A DNA stretch of 60,178 nucleotides, counting the filler, from Sphacelaria rigidula (taxonomy: Eukaryota): NCBI GenBank assembly GCA_964200075.2. It is 5 parts of 5 records of this genome, joined end to end, with 100 filler letters (N's around TTAATTAATTAA, not from the genome) between each part and the next. Parts side by side here need not be neighbours in the genome. Positions count along the whole stretch, not along the records: positions 1 to 11,956 come from CAXNAA020004290.1; positions 12,057 to 24,012 come from CAXNAA020004291.1; 3 more parts are not named here. The stretch is one strand, 5' to 3'. The number at the start of each line of letters is the position of its first letter. Within the stretch, counting starts at the first letter, position 1. Both the position numbers and the translations under genes were made by a program. Shown here one piece after another: positions 1-14,364 of this stretch. Under the pieces are notes generated by a model. That model searched no databases and had not been told where the DNA came from. It was given only the letters and a program-made list of their open reading frames with translations.

Positions 1-933
1 CTGGTATCGCCACTTCCAGAGACAGCCACGGCTCATGCACTGCCCCATGGGTGTCTCACCAAAGATGGGGGGGCTCATGATCATGCATGCTATAGTCATA
101 AAAGAAAATCGGTAGCCTGGTTACCTAGCTTACGCAGTGAATGGCATGTTTTACAGCGTCATCGCCAACCGACGCCAACTTCATTGGGGGTCTGCCCCTA
201 CAAAGCCGAGACGGAGCACGCCGGGTTTTCGCCGGATCAAGCTGATGGATGCGAATGGGGGGGGGAGGGACTAACACAGAAATTGATACCCCAGCCTCAT
301 CCCGTCAGCTCTTGCTCTGTTTCCTTTAGGTGTAGCTCCAGCTCTTCTATCTAGGTCTGCTTTCTGGTGTATGTTCGACGTGTTCCTGGAATCCTCGTAC
401 CTTTCTCATCTATCCTTCTACTTGTTTCATCTTGTTTTTTCTTTCTCTTTTTTTCAACTCTTTCTACTCTTCTCTTCTCTCCATTTGTATTTTTTCCTTG
501 TCGTCATTTGGTTTTTTTGTTCTTTCTCCACTTCGCTTTCTTCCTCTTATGGTTTCTGTGAGTCTACCGGATTATTCTTCGGCGCATCTTCCTGCACAGC
601 TAGCGGCTGAGGGTTCATGCCTAATACTGCAATCTGCAGATATTCGAGTCGTAACCTGCTCCACCAGCCATATGAGTCTAAGACCCATTTATCTGAAGGT
701 CTGGAAACGACGCTTCGACAGTTTAATCTGGATCGACACTCGGTCTTAATATCTGAGTCTGACATCCATGGCAGTTTAGTTTCTTCTTTTTTCCATTTAT
801 CCGCTTTCCTCGAGTTTTTTTGTATCGAACCTTCCCGTTTACTTACAGTGCGTACGTCGATTTTCTGGACACGACCGCGTGTGTAGTGGGTCAGTCAATG
901 TGCGACAATGAATCGATCAATCAAAGCCCTCAC

Positions 934-3900
934 CTGTTGCCTTCGCCTCTTCTGTTAGCTTGTCATCATCCGCATCGTCTTCACCATCGCTGTCCGATTG
1001 CACATCTGCGTGATGTTCATCGGTCGGTGACCGCGGGTGTGTATCCGATGAAGTGACGACGCCGGGCCCGCCACCAGCAGCGTCGTCTCTGCTGTCCAAG
1101 AGCGCATAGGAATTGGCACGAGACAAGTGCTCCAATAACTGAAAGAGTAAGCAACACTTGCATGAAACTGCCGTAGAACGCAGTGTATACGACACGTACG
1201 TAGCACTGAACCCTCTGACGAAGACCCACAGGTCGTGACACTGGTGTGTAATTCTTTGCAACATATCGGTATGTACTATACCATCCCCTACATACTTTGA
1301 TACCACCCCTGCGTGACAATTCTTCGGGTCCCACAACGTTGTCGCGTGGAGATCGGCAACGATGCTAGCACACCCAATACGCCTTGAAACAGGATGAGAC
1401 GCAACAAGTTGCGTAGTGATTGGAATCAACGGCGTTTCGGGGAGAGATGACAATACATATGGTATTATCTGAACTGTGGAACATAGGAAGGTAGGCATAC
1501 CCCGCCAAATCATTTGAAACGACCCTGCAGTTTCATGCATTTTTCGTTGTGATGAAAGGTGAATTGCCGAGAAGGGGATCAACAGCTCTTCGCATGGAAA
1601 ATCGGTCGAGCCGTTCGCAAGATGCCGATTCTGTCTCGAAACGTAAAACATATGGCAGGTATTCCGTCGTGCTGCAGACGGCTTGCGTAGTGAACCAGCC
1701 CCCAATTATGCCGCCTTCAATCCTTGCACACTTGGCGCCTACATCGTAAATGATATGTAATAATCGTATATTGCAAGCGTTAGTGCTCACCCTGAATGGG
1801 CCTCGCGCCCTTTACTCGAGCGATCTTTGCTGCCACCGGCATTGAACAGCCATGGAGCATCATTTTTCATGCCCTTCATGTCTTTGCGAATTTGTCGTCG
1901 CTCTTCCTGTCGCACAAATGAGCAGAGATCACGTCAGAGAATAGTTATCTTCCCCGGCGTATTTCAAAGCAGTGCATGCGACGGATTAATGGCTGGTTGA
2001 TGGATTGTCCCGCGCCACTTTATCCTCTTTCAATCCTGTGGTGGTTGCAGGACAGACGTATCCGAGGTGAATACACGGGAACAGTAGGTGAATACAATAC
2101 TAGGGTTGAAGAGGGAATGGGGAGGGGAAAAACTGAAAGAAGAAAAGAAGAGAGGCAAAGAAAGATTAGTAGTTTGTAAGAGATACGTATATTCACGAGG
2201 TTCCAGTGTGTTCTTTAAACCTGGAAACACTTGCCAATATCGCGCAATGTGTACCACGACACGCTCTTGCGCGGTTGTTCATTGACCGGGGAGCCTCACT
2301 GGGTATTGTAGTCTGAAGCGTGCGTATACAGCACGCGATGTCCTGACAGAACGACAAAACATGCTGACGACAGCATTGATTCCTCGTGGGAAATTCGTGG
2401 GAGGCAGGGATGGCATATCCCCTACCATCGCACCATGAGCTTCTCGTTCTCATTCCTTTGTTCTTCCGTCTGCCGCTTCGCCTTTTCTAACCCCCGCATC
2501 GCTCTCTCCGCCTTCTTTTCGGCATCTTTTCTGCGATAAGAACGCCCGTGTCGGAACACGCACTTTCGGATAATTTTGAGTTCGTTGCCACCCAACTAGC
2601 CATCAAAATGTGCATTTTCCCTTCACGACACAGCTTTTCGTCTTCAATGAGTAGGATACTGTGGACTTGACTGTGAAGACGTACGTCTCGGCGAAATAAC
2701 CGTGGTTCGCGAGAGATGATACGGACGCAAGGGGGGACCGTTGTCCTAGAGCATTGCTGTGAACGATAGATGCCATATTTCTCTCTTGTCAGTCCGGAAA
2801 AATGTAGATACCTGGCCTGTTGGGTATGTTCCAGCTCTTCCATCATCGCCTTGCACTTTTCCTCGCTCTCGCGTTGCTCATTTTCCATCGCTGTGGCCTT
2901 CGGTTTGTGGTTTGATGGCATGGTATTCGGAAGAACACCCAATATACAGAATGCATCCGTTAAGACATCGTGTTGTCAATGCTCGAAGCGACGAACCTCC
3001 CTATAATTGTCGCCTGAGGTGTGGTAGATTTTTGCGCTCGTCGTTCTGTACCCTTATTTACAAACATCGGCGGAACACGACATCACGAGTCAATCTGAAA
3101 CCGTGATATGCCATAACCTTGCGGAAAAGCACACCACAAGTCCCATAGAGCGAGTAGCAAGGCTTCCCGAGTGCACCGTCGTTTGATGGTCTCCCGTTGC
3201 TCACAATGCTCATCGAGTACTCTCCGGTGCTGAGGCACTATATAGCGCGCGCCTTGCGCCTGTAGGTATGGTCAATCTGATTGTTTCCAAAATTACAACG
3301 GAAGAAGCGTCAAGAGGTGCAGCAGACTAGAGTGCAGGACGCTCCGTCGCAAGCCTGGTTTGATCTCCCATGCTCCCTTCGAATCAAGCAATACTAGGCG
3401 TGTTTTCACCTTGACCTCAAGGATGGTCTTCCAATTACGCTGAGTGCGACATGATTCTTAGTAGAGTGACATTCAACTGTCTCGGGGCGTTCTTTATGTT
3501 ATATGTCCCTCTAAATGATTTAACAATTCTTGGCCGAACAACTGACCACAAACACATATAGCAGAAACCAACACTCGAGCAAGAAATAGAAAGGGTGCTG
3601 AGAGTAGTTGTTCTCAGGTTCTCAAACGAAGAACCCCAAACTACTGCATAGCATTATCACACTCGCGTGCTTGTAAGGGGTGGGATAGAATTCATGAGGC
3701 ACCCAACGGTCAGCTTGAGTATCTACAGTCTCACTGTTATTCCTCGGGCAACCCGAATAGTTGGATCTGTCGACTGCAACCGCAACTCTGCCCCAATACC
3801 TTTCCCGCCAATGCTCTGATGTCTTTCATTCTCTCTTCCAGCTCTTCTTCCTTGATAGCCGTATTGTCAACAGCCTGTTTACGGGCGTCCTGCATGGATT

Positions 3901-6900
3901 GGAAGAGGAGAGGTTAGCACAATGAGGAATTGTAACCAGCTCGTTTTCTTCTTCATGGTCTGATGCACTGTCAACCACGCACAGGATAAGGGTCAGGTAA
4001 GAGAGCACTGAAAAGATCCAGGGTTGAAATCACAACCCGCAGAAGGGGTTGGTGAAGTCACGGTAGTGTTTGTGCGAGAAGATAGCGTGCGTCTCAAACT
4101 TCATGCACTGTGCACTGAACTATCGAAAAGCATGGGTATCATCTTCTCCGCTGTGCTCTGCAATCAACGTTGCATCACTCACATGGCAGGCAGTCGTACA
4201 GAGGGCATAGTAGCGATGCTATTGAGCAAAAACATCAGAACTCAAAACAGTTACCCATACTCTAAAGCCGTGTGTAAAGTCCGCAGCGGCAGCATTCCTC
4301 TCCTTCTCCCGTAGAAACGCACTTGTCCAGTCGAGGGAATCGTAGCTAGGACGTTACACTTGATACAAGAAAGTATAAGTCTTGAACTGAAGATCAGCAA
4401 CATTGTTCAACCCCTTTTCCTTCAGTTCAACCAGTTTCCCTTCTCGGGACGATTCCGTGGTCTCAAGGGATCAGTCAATCCTTCTTGCGAGTCCCTATCT
4501 GAGCAAAAGTAAGTTTACGTGAGTTGGAAAAAAAAAGACATATCGGACAACGTACTGTGCACCAGTGTACCAGGTTACGAGATATTTCAAGATTATCGCA
4601 TCCCGTGCGACATCATGCGACATGTGCTATCTCGATCGGGGTCAAACACACGGCAAAGTGTCGCGCCGCTGGATGTCCTCTCGTACAGCTGAACTTTCCC
4701 GGAACAAAGAGCGGAAGTCGCCGGGTTCTGTCTCAAGTCCTTCTTCCCACAACCATGGACGGTGGGGTAGTGAAAGTATCCACTTCGTGTTTCGTACCAC
4801 CACTTTCCTTTCCCCAGGATTCTGAAAACATCTCCGAGTTCGATCGTTCATTGTTCATAGTTTGGTGCAACTGGTCACGCTAAACCTACGTGCGCGCATC
4901 GCCTACCCCGGTTTCGGTAGCCGAAAAGATATGAGTAGCCGCCTTCGATCTTGTGATTGGGTGGCTCACCGCCGCAGGGGGCACGCACTCTTTCTTGTAC
5001 GACCCTCCGCTTGTGTCCGACTTCACTTACCTCGAGGTCAACGATTCTTTGCCGGATCTGCTGAGATTCCGGCAGTCCTTCGTACTTGGACAACCGGTCG
5101 AGGGCCTCCTTCAGCGAATTCTGCACATCTCTCACCGTTCGTTCTTGATTCTGACCACCAGCAGAGTTGTTTTGCATCCACCGTGTACCGCAACCGACGG
5201 AAGTTTGAAAATTAAACAAATCCAAGACTTCCGACACGGCCGGCGTCATGTATGCCTTCCTCACAAAGCCATGTTCCAGGCGGACTGGTTCCGTCAGGTG
5301 CATCTTTTCCTGGTGCTGGTTTGGCTGTTTCCGTAGGTTTTCTGGTCACGTGGGAACCTCTCAACCACACGCGGTTCTGCTCAGCACGTGCCCATACGGA
5401 CTACCTCTATTCCTAACACGTTTGGATGCTACTCGTTATGAAATTGACGACAAAACACACGATTTCACGTGCGAAAACTGAATTAGATTATGCTGCTGCT
5501 GTGAAACGTTACATAGCGTACAGACCATCGAGACTTCACAGGACACGACGGCACGCATGGCTGGCTTATCACACCTGAAACTCGGTGCACTTGGCCAAGA
5601 ACTCCTTTTGACACCGCAGCCTTTCCACCTTTTCCCCCTCCCAGCGGGAAATAGCCTGTGCTAGTCGTGACTCTGCCTCGCGTGTGGCGGCCACCTGTCC
5701 GGCTAGCTAGAAAAAATGCACCAACAATCATCACTGGATATCAGCTGGCCCACACACGCCACAAAGCGAAAAGTGCGACTAGTACCAGTTAACTTGATAC
5801 CTTGTACGAATCATGTGGAAAATATGGAGGGGAAAGCAGGCAAGCAGGTGAGTGAGCAGGACTAAGACGTGAGGAGCCCCTATGCATTGTGGCTCGGCGG
5901 TCGATCGCCCCCAAGGACGGGGAGACGAATAGCGCCAGGGAAGTGTTAGGGGTTCGGTAAGGCACGTTGATTTTGATGAAGGCAAGCGCCGGGAAGAGCT
6001 GAACCAAAGAAGGAGACAGCCGGCGCTGACCATTCTTCTGACTGACTAGTTTGGTCTCAAACAGTAGGTGCTCCTGGACTCCACGATGCAGAGAATTGCC
6101 TCAGGCACTAGATCGGCACCGAATTATTTCATCGTATATTTACATGTTTGCAGTACACTGAAGTTAATGGTTCATAAAGTTAAGGGGATAGGCACTCCGG
6201 GAAGTCACTGCGAGTACGAAATACCTGTGCTTCAGCCTGTGCTGCTCGGGTTTCGGCCTTCGCGCGTGCTTCCTCGGATTCCCTGGCGTTGCGGTTGGCC
6301 AACGTACTGTTGCCCTCAGCCAGAAACTGAAGACACGGTGTTCGAGGGGCAGCATGACAGCGGACGGAAAAGAACTGAAAAAAAAGTTGTTCTGTTCGTG
6401 CACCAAAGCGCGCCTCCAGGACCCGTGTGCGAGACCGGGCGGTTGACGTGCGCTGTATTCAAGAATGCGCCGCAAGCTGTCGTGGCTGCCCGCAGACATG
6501 TGTTACCTCTGAGAACATACGATTGAAAAAGATATAAAATATAATGAGAATAAAAGATGTAATGGGAACGACTTTCCTGTAGTAGTGCGGTGGAAGGGAA
6601 GCTATCAGCACCACCATCGCTTCTACTGCACCCCGTGACCTGGTACGAGAGGTGGTGATGCACAATTAACAGGAGTTTTGGCTGTGCCCCACGATCGCGC
6701 CACTTCTTGTGGTTTGTATCAAAATTCCTGCAACAAATGCCCATTGTAGGCGATTCGGAGCCGATTTTGGTCCGTCTGGCGGGTTGTACTACCTCGGAAA
6801 CACTATCTGTACTCTCGAAAAGGATTTCAACTCGCGTTTCCGATATTTCGTTTATCGAGCTTGACCGTCGGCCAGACTAGCAGTTTCTCACAAAAAAGTA

Positions 6901-7550
6901 AGTGTCTTATCATGTTTTATCAAGTTTTTCTGTTGATCTCGGAAAAGCTCGAAGACTGTTTTGACTCATGTGGGAAGTTGCTCTTAGCCTGGTCGGGAGT
7001 CGAACTGGGGGCACGGAAAGTCGGGAGTGTGCGCCTGATTCTCTCTTAAGAGTGCAGCAAGTCTTGCAGAGGTGACACAATTTTGGCCTGTGCTTCCCAC
7101 AGTAGTCAGCCTCAAAGCGTGAAAATACGCATACTATTGAGAGGTTCCGTTTCGAAGGTCAAAAAGGCGGTCCCAGAGCATAGGGCGGTCGTCATTATCG
7201 TTTGGGGCCAACGATGGTATTTGTTCGATTTACGAATCGAATGCCAAGCGACCAATGCGAAAGAGACCAAGATACAGTATGCTCTAGTACTTCGGGAAAA
7301 ATACCATGAGCAGCAGGAGCAGAACATACCATACACATTAGCTTCCGCGTAACCGTACAACCACGGCGGAGCGCGCCGTGCGCTGTGATGATTGATTGCT
7401 TTGGCAATTTCATTATTCGCACACACAGGCACATCTAGTGCGGCCTACTGGTGACAACTGAGGAATGACTCGACAAAAATGAGGATATTCCAGATATTTC
7501 AGTCCTTCGCTTGATTGCCCTAGAAGGTGGTGTACGTATGTGTGTGTGTG

Positions 7551-7599
<49 letters not shown>

Positions 7600-10500
7600 C
7601 TGCTGATACCGAAACCAGAACATCGTTCCATGCGACGAGACTAGTCCCGTCATCTTCTAAGAGTTTCGGCTAAATGAAATAGTGGGGGGAGCCTCCAAAG
7701 TTACGCACGAGATTTCCAGGCCCTTACTTGTTGATGTACAATCCTCGGCCCTTCACTCGATGTTTGAGATCTAATAGCTGAATCACGGGAGCGGTAAATT
7801 TCCCATTCGAAGGCCTTCATTACCTTGGCCTCGTCGCATTTCTTCTGAAGGTATGAACAGATTTGAATTTTGAAAAGCATACAAAAGAGCCAACGGCCGC
7901 TCCTCATTACATTGAAAGGCATAACTTGGACAGATGCCTTTCTGATCCCTCCACGATGTTTTTCACCCGAGATAGGGACTCTGCGGATTCCGCCACCTCG
8001 AAATGGCTTGCCCCACTATCCGACAGGACTTTGACACAATTTTGCGTTTTTTAATACATGCAGCTTGACCTTGGAGCTGATTCATGAGTTTCCATACCAC
8101 TCGAAACCAAAATAGGCGGAATGGTACTAACGTAATTGCAGTGTTTGTCCAAGAAATTGCAAGTCTGGTCAAAAATCAATCTGCGGTAACCGGGAAACGT
8201 GGAGGTGCCCCAGAACCATCTCAGAGAGTGTAGGCGTTACTTGCAAGGTATAAGAATCAGCCTGACCCAAAACGACGCGGAAGGGCCGAAAAGGCACTTT
8301 TCCGACAGATTTATATGGGGCCGTGAAAAGCGACCCAGTTGACGAAAAAGAGAAGAAGAATGAAAACCTTCAACAAAGTAATGTTTTCAACAGTTGATAC
8401 GCTCGTGTCCCAAACAATATCAGGCTTCGACTCTCGAACGTCGAGTGACTGATCACCGGACATGATTATTGATGTCGTTCGTCGGAACCAGCTCGTACAT
8501 TCACTGAATCTGTGACGGTCGGTTGCCTATAAGTCGTCACAAATCCCAAAATATCTAGCATTTCACTCGCGCAGCGTTTGAGAAGTAACTTAAAAGAGTT
8601 GCATCAAGACGGTCTCACCTGCAGAGTCTCCGCGGACTTCAGCGCCCGCTGGCTCCGAAGTAGTTCCTCAGAGATGCGGTCCACCTTCTCCTCGATCTTG
8701 TGGCTGTGCTTCTTCTCCTACGGGCGCAAGGGGACGTAAGCAACAGAGTTCAGAGCTGGACTATCAGCTGCGATGGAAGGTGTCAATATCCCTCGAGCAA
8801 TTGTAGAGTTGAGGCACACTGAAATGACAACACCATGCTAGTTCCTATCATTTCTACATTCGCCGAGTTCCAAAGACGAAAAAGCAATTCATTCCCCACG
8901 CCGCAAAAGAAATATTATCTAGAAAGAAGGAGTAGTAACGTCGCACACTTCTAAGAGTGGTGGAGTAGAACACAGCGTATTATTCCACAGTAGAAGGCAA
9001 AAATTTCATCAAATTGGCTTCGGTACGTCATACTCAACACCGTGCGAGGCTCATGGAGATGACGTGCGGAATGCCAATCATGGGCCCCCTGAAAAACTCT
9101 GGGGGGTGACAGATGTGCGCTGCTGGGATTCTGCTCCCGAACCTCGCCCACTATGGTACCTTGATTGATTGATTAATTTGTGTTGATTGCCGCACTTAAA
9201 CTGACCCCCCAGGGATCCAGCCATGGTCACATGATAGACGTACCCGCGACAAAACAATACCGAGACGCTCGCTGAAAAAAGAATGAGAAACAGAAAAAGG
9301 TAGACTAAAAAAATCAGTCAATCAATAAATCAATGAATGAATAAATAAAGAAAAAGAGACGGCCGGTCTCTGCTCCAGGGCCCCGGCACTATTGGTGACA
9401 TTTGCTGCAAGGGGTAGTCGATACAACCCTGCGCCCGTATACGTCAACCGACCCACACTCTCAGCGCGGTCTCCCGCACAACGCAAGGTAGTGTGCCCAT
9501 CTTCGTCTCGATCCATTCCATACCCGAACATATATCCGCATCGCTCTGCGGGAACATTCATCCCGCCAAAAAGGCGCATACACTACGTTAGAGAGAGAGG
9601 AGCAGCACAGAGCTAAGTGCATGGTAAGGCGAGGGTCGTCCTGGAAAAAATGTTGCTTCCTCACGCACTGTTTTTCGGTGCATTACGGGTTCATGCAGTG
9701 CGGTACCTTTTCCACTTGCGCCCTCGTCCTGCCGTGAGACGTTCTCTCGGTTTCTAGCGCACTCAGAGCGTTATCCAGGCTCTCTTCCAGCTCCTCTCGC
9801 CTTCAGCACAGATCAAACCAATGGAGATGGTATCGACTCAGTGCGCATACGTTTCACATCAATTGCCGTGTATGTACTGCGTTGTGACACCCTCCCCAAG
9901 TGTCTGGAGAGAGCAATGTACCAGATTGGGCAAAGCACTCCTATCTCGGCGTGCGCATGGTGTCAGATCTTCACCTTTCGATCAAACGCGGAGTTCATAA
10001 TCGCTTTTTTGGCGAGGTTTTCATCATGTCTCGTGTTTATGTTGGGCGCAAACACATCACGAAACAATAATACCGCAGTGTGCCTCGCATGCCCGCTTCG
10101 AACCCAGTGCTTGCTGCGACATATTTCTGATTACCTCCCAAGTTTTCAGGTTGGATGGGGAAGATTTTAGTTGAGCATTTCAAGTAGCGGTCGGTTGATA
10201 CTCCTCTTAGATCGAGCATTTTTCCTGTGCACGTTAGATCACTTCCTCCAATGTTTCGAGCGTTTTGTTGAGTGATTGAGTACAAAGGGAACAATGATGT
10301 TGTGAGTTGGCAACACCTCCCCGCGCAACCTCTTGATTGCAGCATCCCGCTCATTCTCCGCCGCCCCTATCCTGCCGGCGAGTGCGTCGGCCCGATCTGC
10401 TTCAGCCTGCCACCGCCCGAGTTCAGCCGACATGCGCCTCTCGTGCACGTGTATTCGCGCCTGCAGCTCCCTGCTAAGCTCTTTCTGCTCCGCCTGTGAC

Positions 10501-11254
10501 GGCATATAATTCGTAAAGTTCGGAACACCGCCATCTGGCCACCATCTAAGTCCTGCCCTTACGACTTTGCAGAGGAAATAGTGCACCTCTCACCATTTGG
10601 ATCAATTGCCTGTGTCTGAGCACTCGCCTCCCGTTAAGAATGCAAAGATAAATCTTGAAGAACGTACGGTATAACCCGCGGCGTGATTCCGCGACATTCC
10701 CTTGAATCCTCGAATGTCACGGCCGCATGCGACTTTGTATATTGGTCGCATGGACACAGTCACGTTCGCCTTTCCTCAACGTATTGGGCCCCAACACCTG
10801 CCGACCCCCCCTTCCTTACCCACCCTGCTCTCTCCCCGCGTCTCCTCACTCAGCGCCTGTGTCATGTCCGTGAGACTACCACGAATACAAGTACAAAACG
10901 TTCCCGCGCCCGACAATTCACCACCGAGTGTGCGCGCCGTAGAATGGATTGGGAACGGGATCCCTGGAAAATGGATAATGAAACAAAAATTAAGCATATG
11001 CATAGATACGACGTGGTCAAGTACAGAGTGGAATACATTGACCTCCAGTAACGTCCAAATACTCTCGCCTTAAACCACCGGTCCGCCAAAACCCCGGCGC
11101 CGTGTCCAGCCGGACGATATGCGCACGGATCTAAGCGGAGACCTTCTACTGCGCGTGCGGCGTCGGCAGCCGTGGGTCGGTCTTCGGCATGCAAGCAGAG
11201 ACAGCGCTCCAACAGGGCCTTTAGCAGGGGGCAGCGTCCGCTTGCTCTGGTCAC
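934..11254 (-). CDS. Partial multi-exon gene: C-terminal end of a protein kinase-like domain followed by a long coiled coil and an acidic low-complexity segment (5' part outside contig)
   Basis: Exons read by eye: 11069-11254 (LLERCLCLHAEDRPTAADA, resembles kinase subdomain XI), 10824-10856, 10330-10493 (AEQKELSRELQ...), 9707-9800 (REELEESLDNALSALE...), 8619-8717 (EKKHSHKIEEKVDRISEELL...), possibly 7824-7844, 6225-6282 (ESEEARAKAETRAAQAEAQ), 5031-5150, 3800-3874, 2812-2897, 2434-2530, 1791-1906, 934-1091. Most neighbouring junction phases match; at least one exon before 6282 and the 3' end were not resolved. Confidence 0.65.
7538..7595. repeat. (TG)n microsatellite
   Basis: Near-perfect TG run with one interruption, intronic in the contig 1 model. 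Confidence 0.95.
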
Positions 11255-11956
11255 CTGTCCCGCAAGCACGAAATGCGTGCTTTACTCAGCGTCATTTCTC
11301 GTGTCATGTTTTTGGCCGGACGAGCCATAAGTTTGTCTCGTATCTACTTGCATATTCTAGACCGGTTGTCCAACGATTTCGGACAGCGCGATTGCTATGA
11401 ATCATCCTGACTTCCAGCACACAAGTTTCACACACTACAACTTCACATCCGGCACGGTTTCATATTTACTTTTTCCCACTTAATGTATGGCTGCTAGGAG
11501 TGGTCCTTGGTGTTGACGGTGGCGGTCGTACATCTGTGTCGGGCATGCACCGTACAACTCGATAGACACTGATAGATGAACGGGAAGGCAGTTGATTGAT
11601 TGATCGGTTCATCGGTTGGTTGGTGGGTTGGTTGGTTGGTTGATAGATTGAATGATCGATTGATTTATGGAGATTGACTGATGCCCTCGGGATCCGGCCG
11701 CAGTCTCAAAACCGACAGCACAAAACTGAAAGACCGTTCAAGATCGTCTTCGCCCACCGTTGCATTCGCGAACACCCAATCGACATGAAGCTGCCCAGTT
11801 CGTGCGAGATGGGATAGCGGTGGTTTCACTTTCGGAATTCAAGCTGTGAAGACGCGTCCTTCAAAAGTACAACTCCGGCGGAGGTTTTCGCGGGGGACAC
11901 TTTTTACGATAGCCCCCCCCCAAAACCAGCTAAAAGTGTCACGAAAAAAATGGCCA

Positions 11957-12056
11957 NNNNNNNNNNNNNNNNNNNNNNNNNNNNNNNNNNNNNNNNNNNN
12001 TTAATTAATTAANNNNNNNNNNNNNNNNNNNNNNNNNNNNNNNNNNNNNNNNNNNN
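11957..12056. other. Artificial contig linker
   Basis: N44-TTAATTAATTAA-N44, stops in all six frames. Confidence 0.99.
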
Positions 12057-12790
12057 TCGAGAGACTCGCATCATCGATGTTACTAGCATGTACCCAATTT
12101 TCCATATATGTTGTCCCAGAACACCAAGAGCTGCGGAGAGATTTCGTCTCTTCATTTCTTGATGCGAAGATTGATTTCTGTCTACCTCTCTTTTTGGACA
12201 AGACGCACGTCTTTGCACTGAAGAACATGTTAAAAAACAGGGCAATGTTCCCGTCACCGCTACTACTGTACTGTCACACACATAACACAAGGGCGGTGCT
12301 GCGGCAATAACAGATCGATCCAATTTGAACTTGAGGGGTGTTGTTCACCCTTGATTCTCCCCAACCTCCCCCTCCCGCCACCGGGCGCTTGGCGACACGC
12401 CAGTTGGGGTGTGTGTGCGTGAGAGATCAAACACTTGTAGGGATCTTTTTGACATGCAAGACTGAAAAACGATAGCTATGGTGGTGACGTAACGGTTGCT
12501 AGCGTGGCGCATAGGCAATCTGCAGCACACATACGGTGGTCGCGTCGACAGCTCGGTACACCATGAGTACTTTCCCATAGGTAATAATTATTCCGATGTC
12601 AGGAGATCATGGATCATCACAACTCGAAGGGAGAGACGAGAGTGCTCTACGATCAACCGCATGTCGTTGCATTCGAGACCCACGCCATCAACCGCCGACA
12701 GCAAGGGTCTTGTTGCTTTCACGTGACGCTGTCGGCAGTACGCCAGGCAAACCGGATCATAGCTACCTCCCGTCTGCGCAGTGGTGGTCA
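12057..12790. repeat. Dispersed repeat, about 730 bp; reverse-complement homologue of 48702-49502
   Basis: gagactcgcatcatcgatgttactagcatgtaccc at ~12061 matches the reverse complement gagactggcatcatggatgttaccagcatgtaccc near 49465-49500; colinear similarity continues to ~12790/48702. Confidence 0.8.
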
Positions 12791-14364
12791 CGCTAACAGA
12801 CTGCACCGATTTCGGAAGACCTGAGAAAGCTAGAGAGTTTGGTTCTCATTAGCTACATGCACAAGATGAAAACGGTTGTGAAAACCTGAGGGAAGGTGCG
12901 CGGAATGTTATCTTCGGAATATCTCATTTCCACCGTCAGAAGCGCAAGAACATAACTGAACAAAACATAGTTGATCACATCGCATTTTACCACGCCACGC
13001 GTTCCAAACCCAGTCCATCTCCCGGCGGTGGTTTCAGATCATAATTTGTGCAATTGCTACAATACATCCTATGCATAAATCACGTACGACATCCATGCGA
13101 CCATGAAATGACACTATCACGGGTATTCATGCCATGCCCCCGCTATTGTACCCACGAAAATGATTCGTGGCTCCATCAATCGGCAAGAAGTGCTCCACAA
13201 AAACACCATGTACAACCAATCTAGCATCATCCGTGGTGGACATTCGTATATACTACTATTGACATCGTGCACATCGCTCGCATGATCACCTTCTTCCATC
13301 CACCACACGGACGTGCGAACAAATTGAAATTTGATCGGAACGATCAGCACACACACATCCCCACTACCATTGAGGCTTTTACAAAGGCGGAGTTCGAACG
13401 TACTTGGAAATGAAGGGGGGTGCACTCCCCCTACGTCACACACACAACCAATAACGGAAATGAGGATGCACTCGCTGTTGTGGATGTCATCCACAATGCC
13501 ATTGCGAACTTGCAACAAACGCAACGGTGCCGTCAATTTAGCCGCACCGCGTGATACAGTCACAAACCCGTACCTCTATTTACCACTAGCTCCCGGTTCA
13601 AGCTGCATAGCGTCATGAGATGGAACAGCACTCTTCGTTGTCAACAGTCGCTATGGTCTAATGCCGAACAAAAGAGTCGTGATAGTGTATCTTCCAGCAC
13701 GCGAACGTCTTGGAGGACTTTCAGCGCATCAGCGCATCGCCCCCGGCATACATATCGTATCATGCAGTCGTCCTTCCGGCTCCTGAACCCCATACGTCGT
13801 CTCCATTGTGCTCCATGGCCTATGTTTCACGACAGTTTTTCCACGCCGGTTTTGGCTCCTTCTTTGTAGCGTATCGTGACGGGGCGAGAGGGTGGGGCAG
13901 GAGGTGGGGGGTAGGGGGCAATAGCAAGTGAGGCATTTGTTGTGTGAGGTATGCTTGATAGTAGAGGATACGATTCCACAGCGGTGGGGACATGTGAAAG
14001 CGGAGATCAGGTGAGCAACGCGGCAGTGATTGGAGAAGAGCACGTGAGAAACAAAGACCGACAGTGACATCCGTCGTTTTCTGTCTTGCCTCTGTCGCGT
14101 GGCAAAAACACCAGCCGTCCCTTGCGAGAGTAGCCGTGAGTGATGCCACGGTAGGGATGCACTTTTCAGTCCGGACGTTTTCTGAGGCTGTTCACTAAGG
14201 CCCAGACATTTGTCATCGAGAGGCTCCAACAAAGAGCCCCAGAAAAAAAAGGTGCACCCTACAATACCACAGCCCTGCTCCCGCAAACCAGGAAACGGCT
14301 GAACTGAAGCTAGTCGCTACCGCACACAATCAAAACGCCCCATGCATACCAGAGTCAGACTTAC

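Noticed and set aside
367-749. Hydrophobic plus-strand ORFs resembling membrane proteins
   Set aside because: They result from a T/C-rich low-complexity tract that gives F/L/S-rich peptides in every frame.
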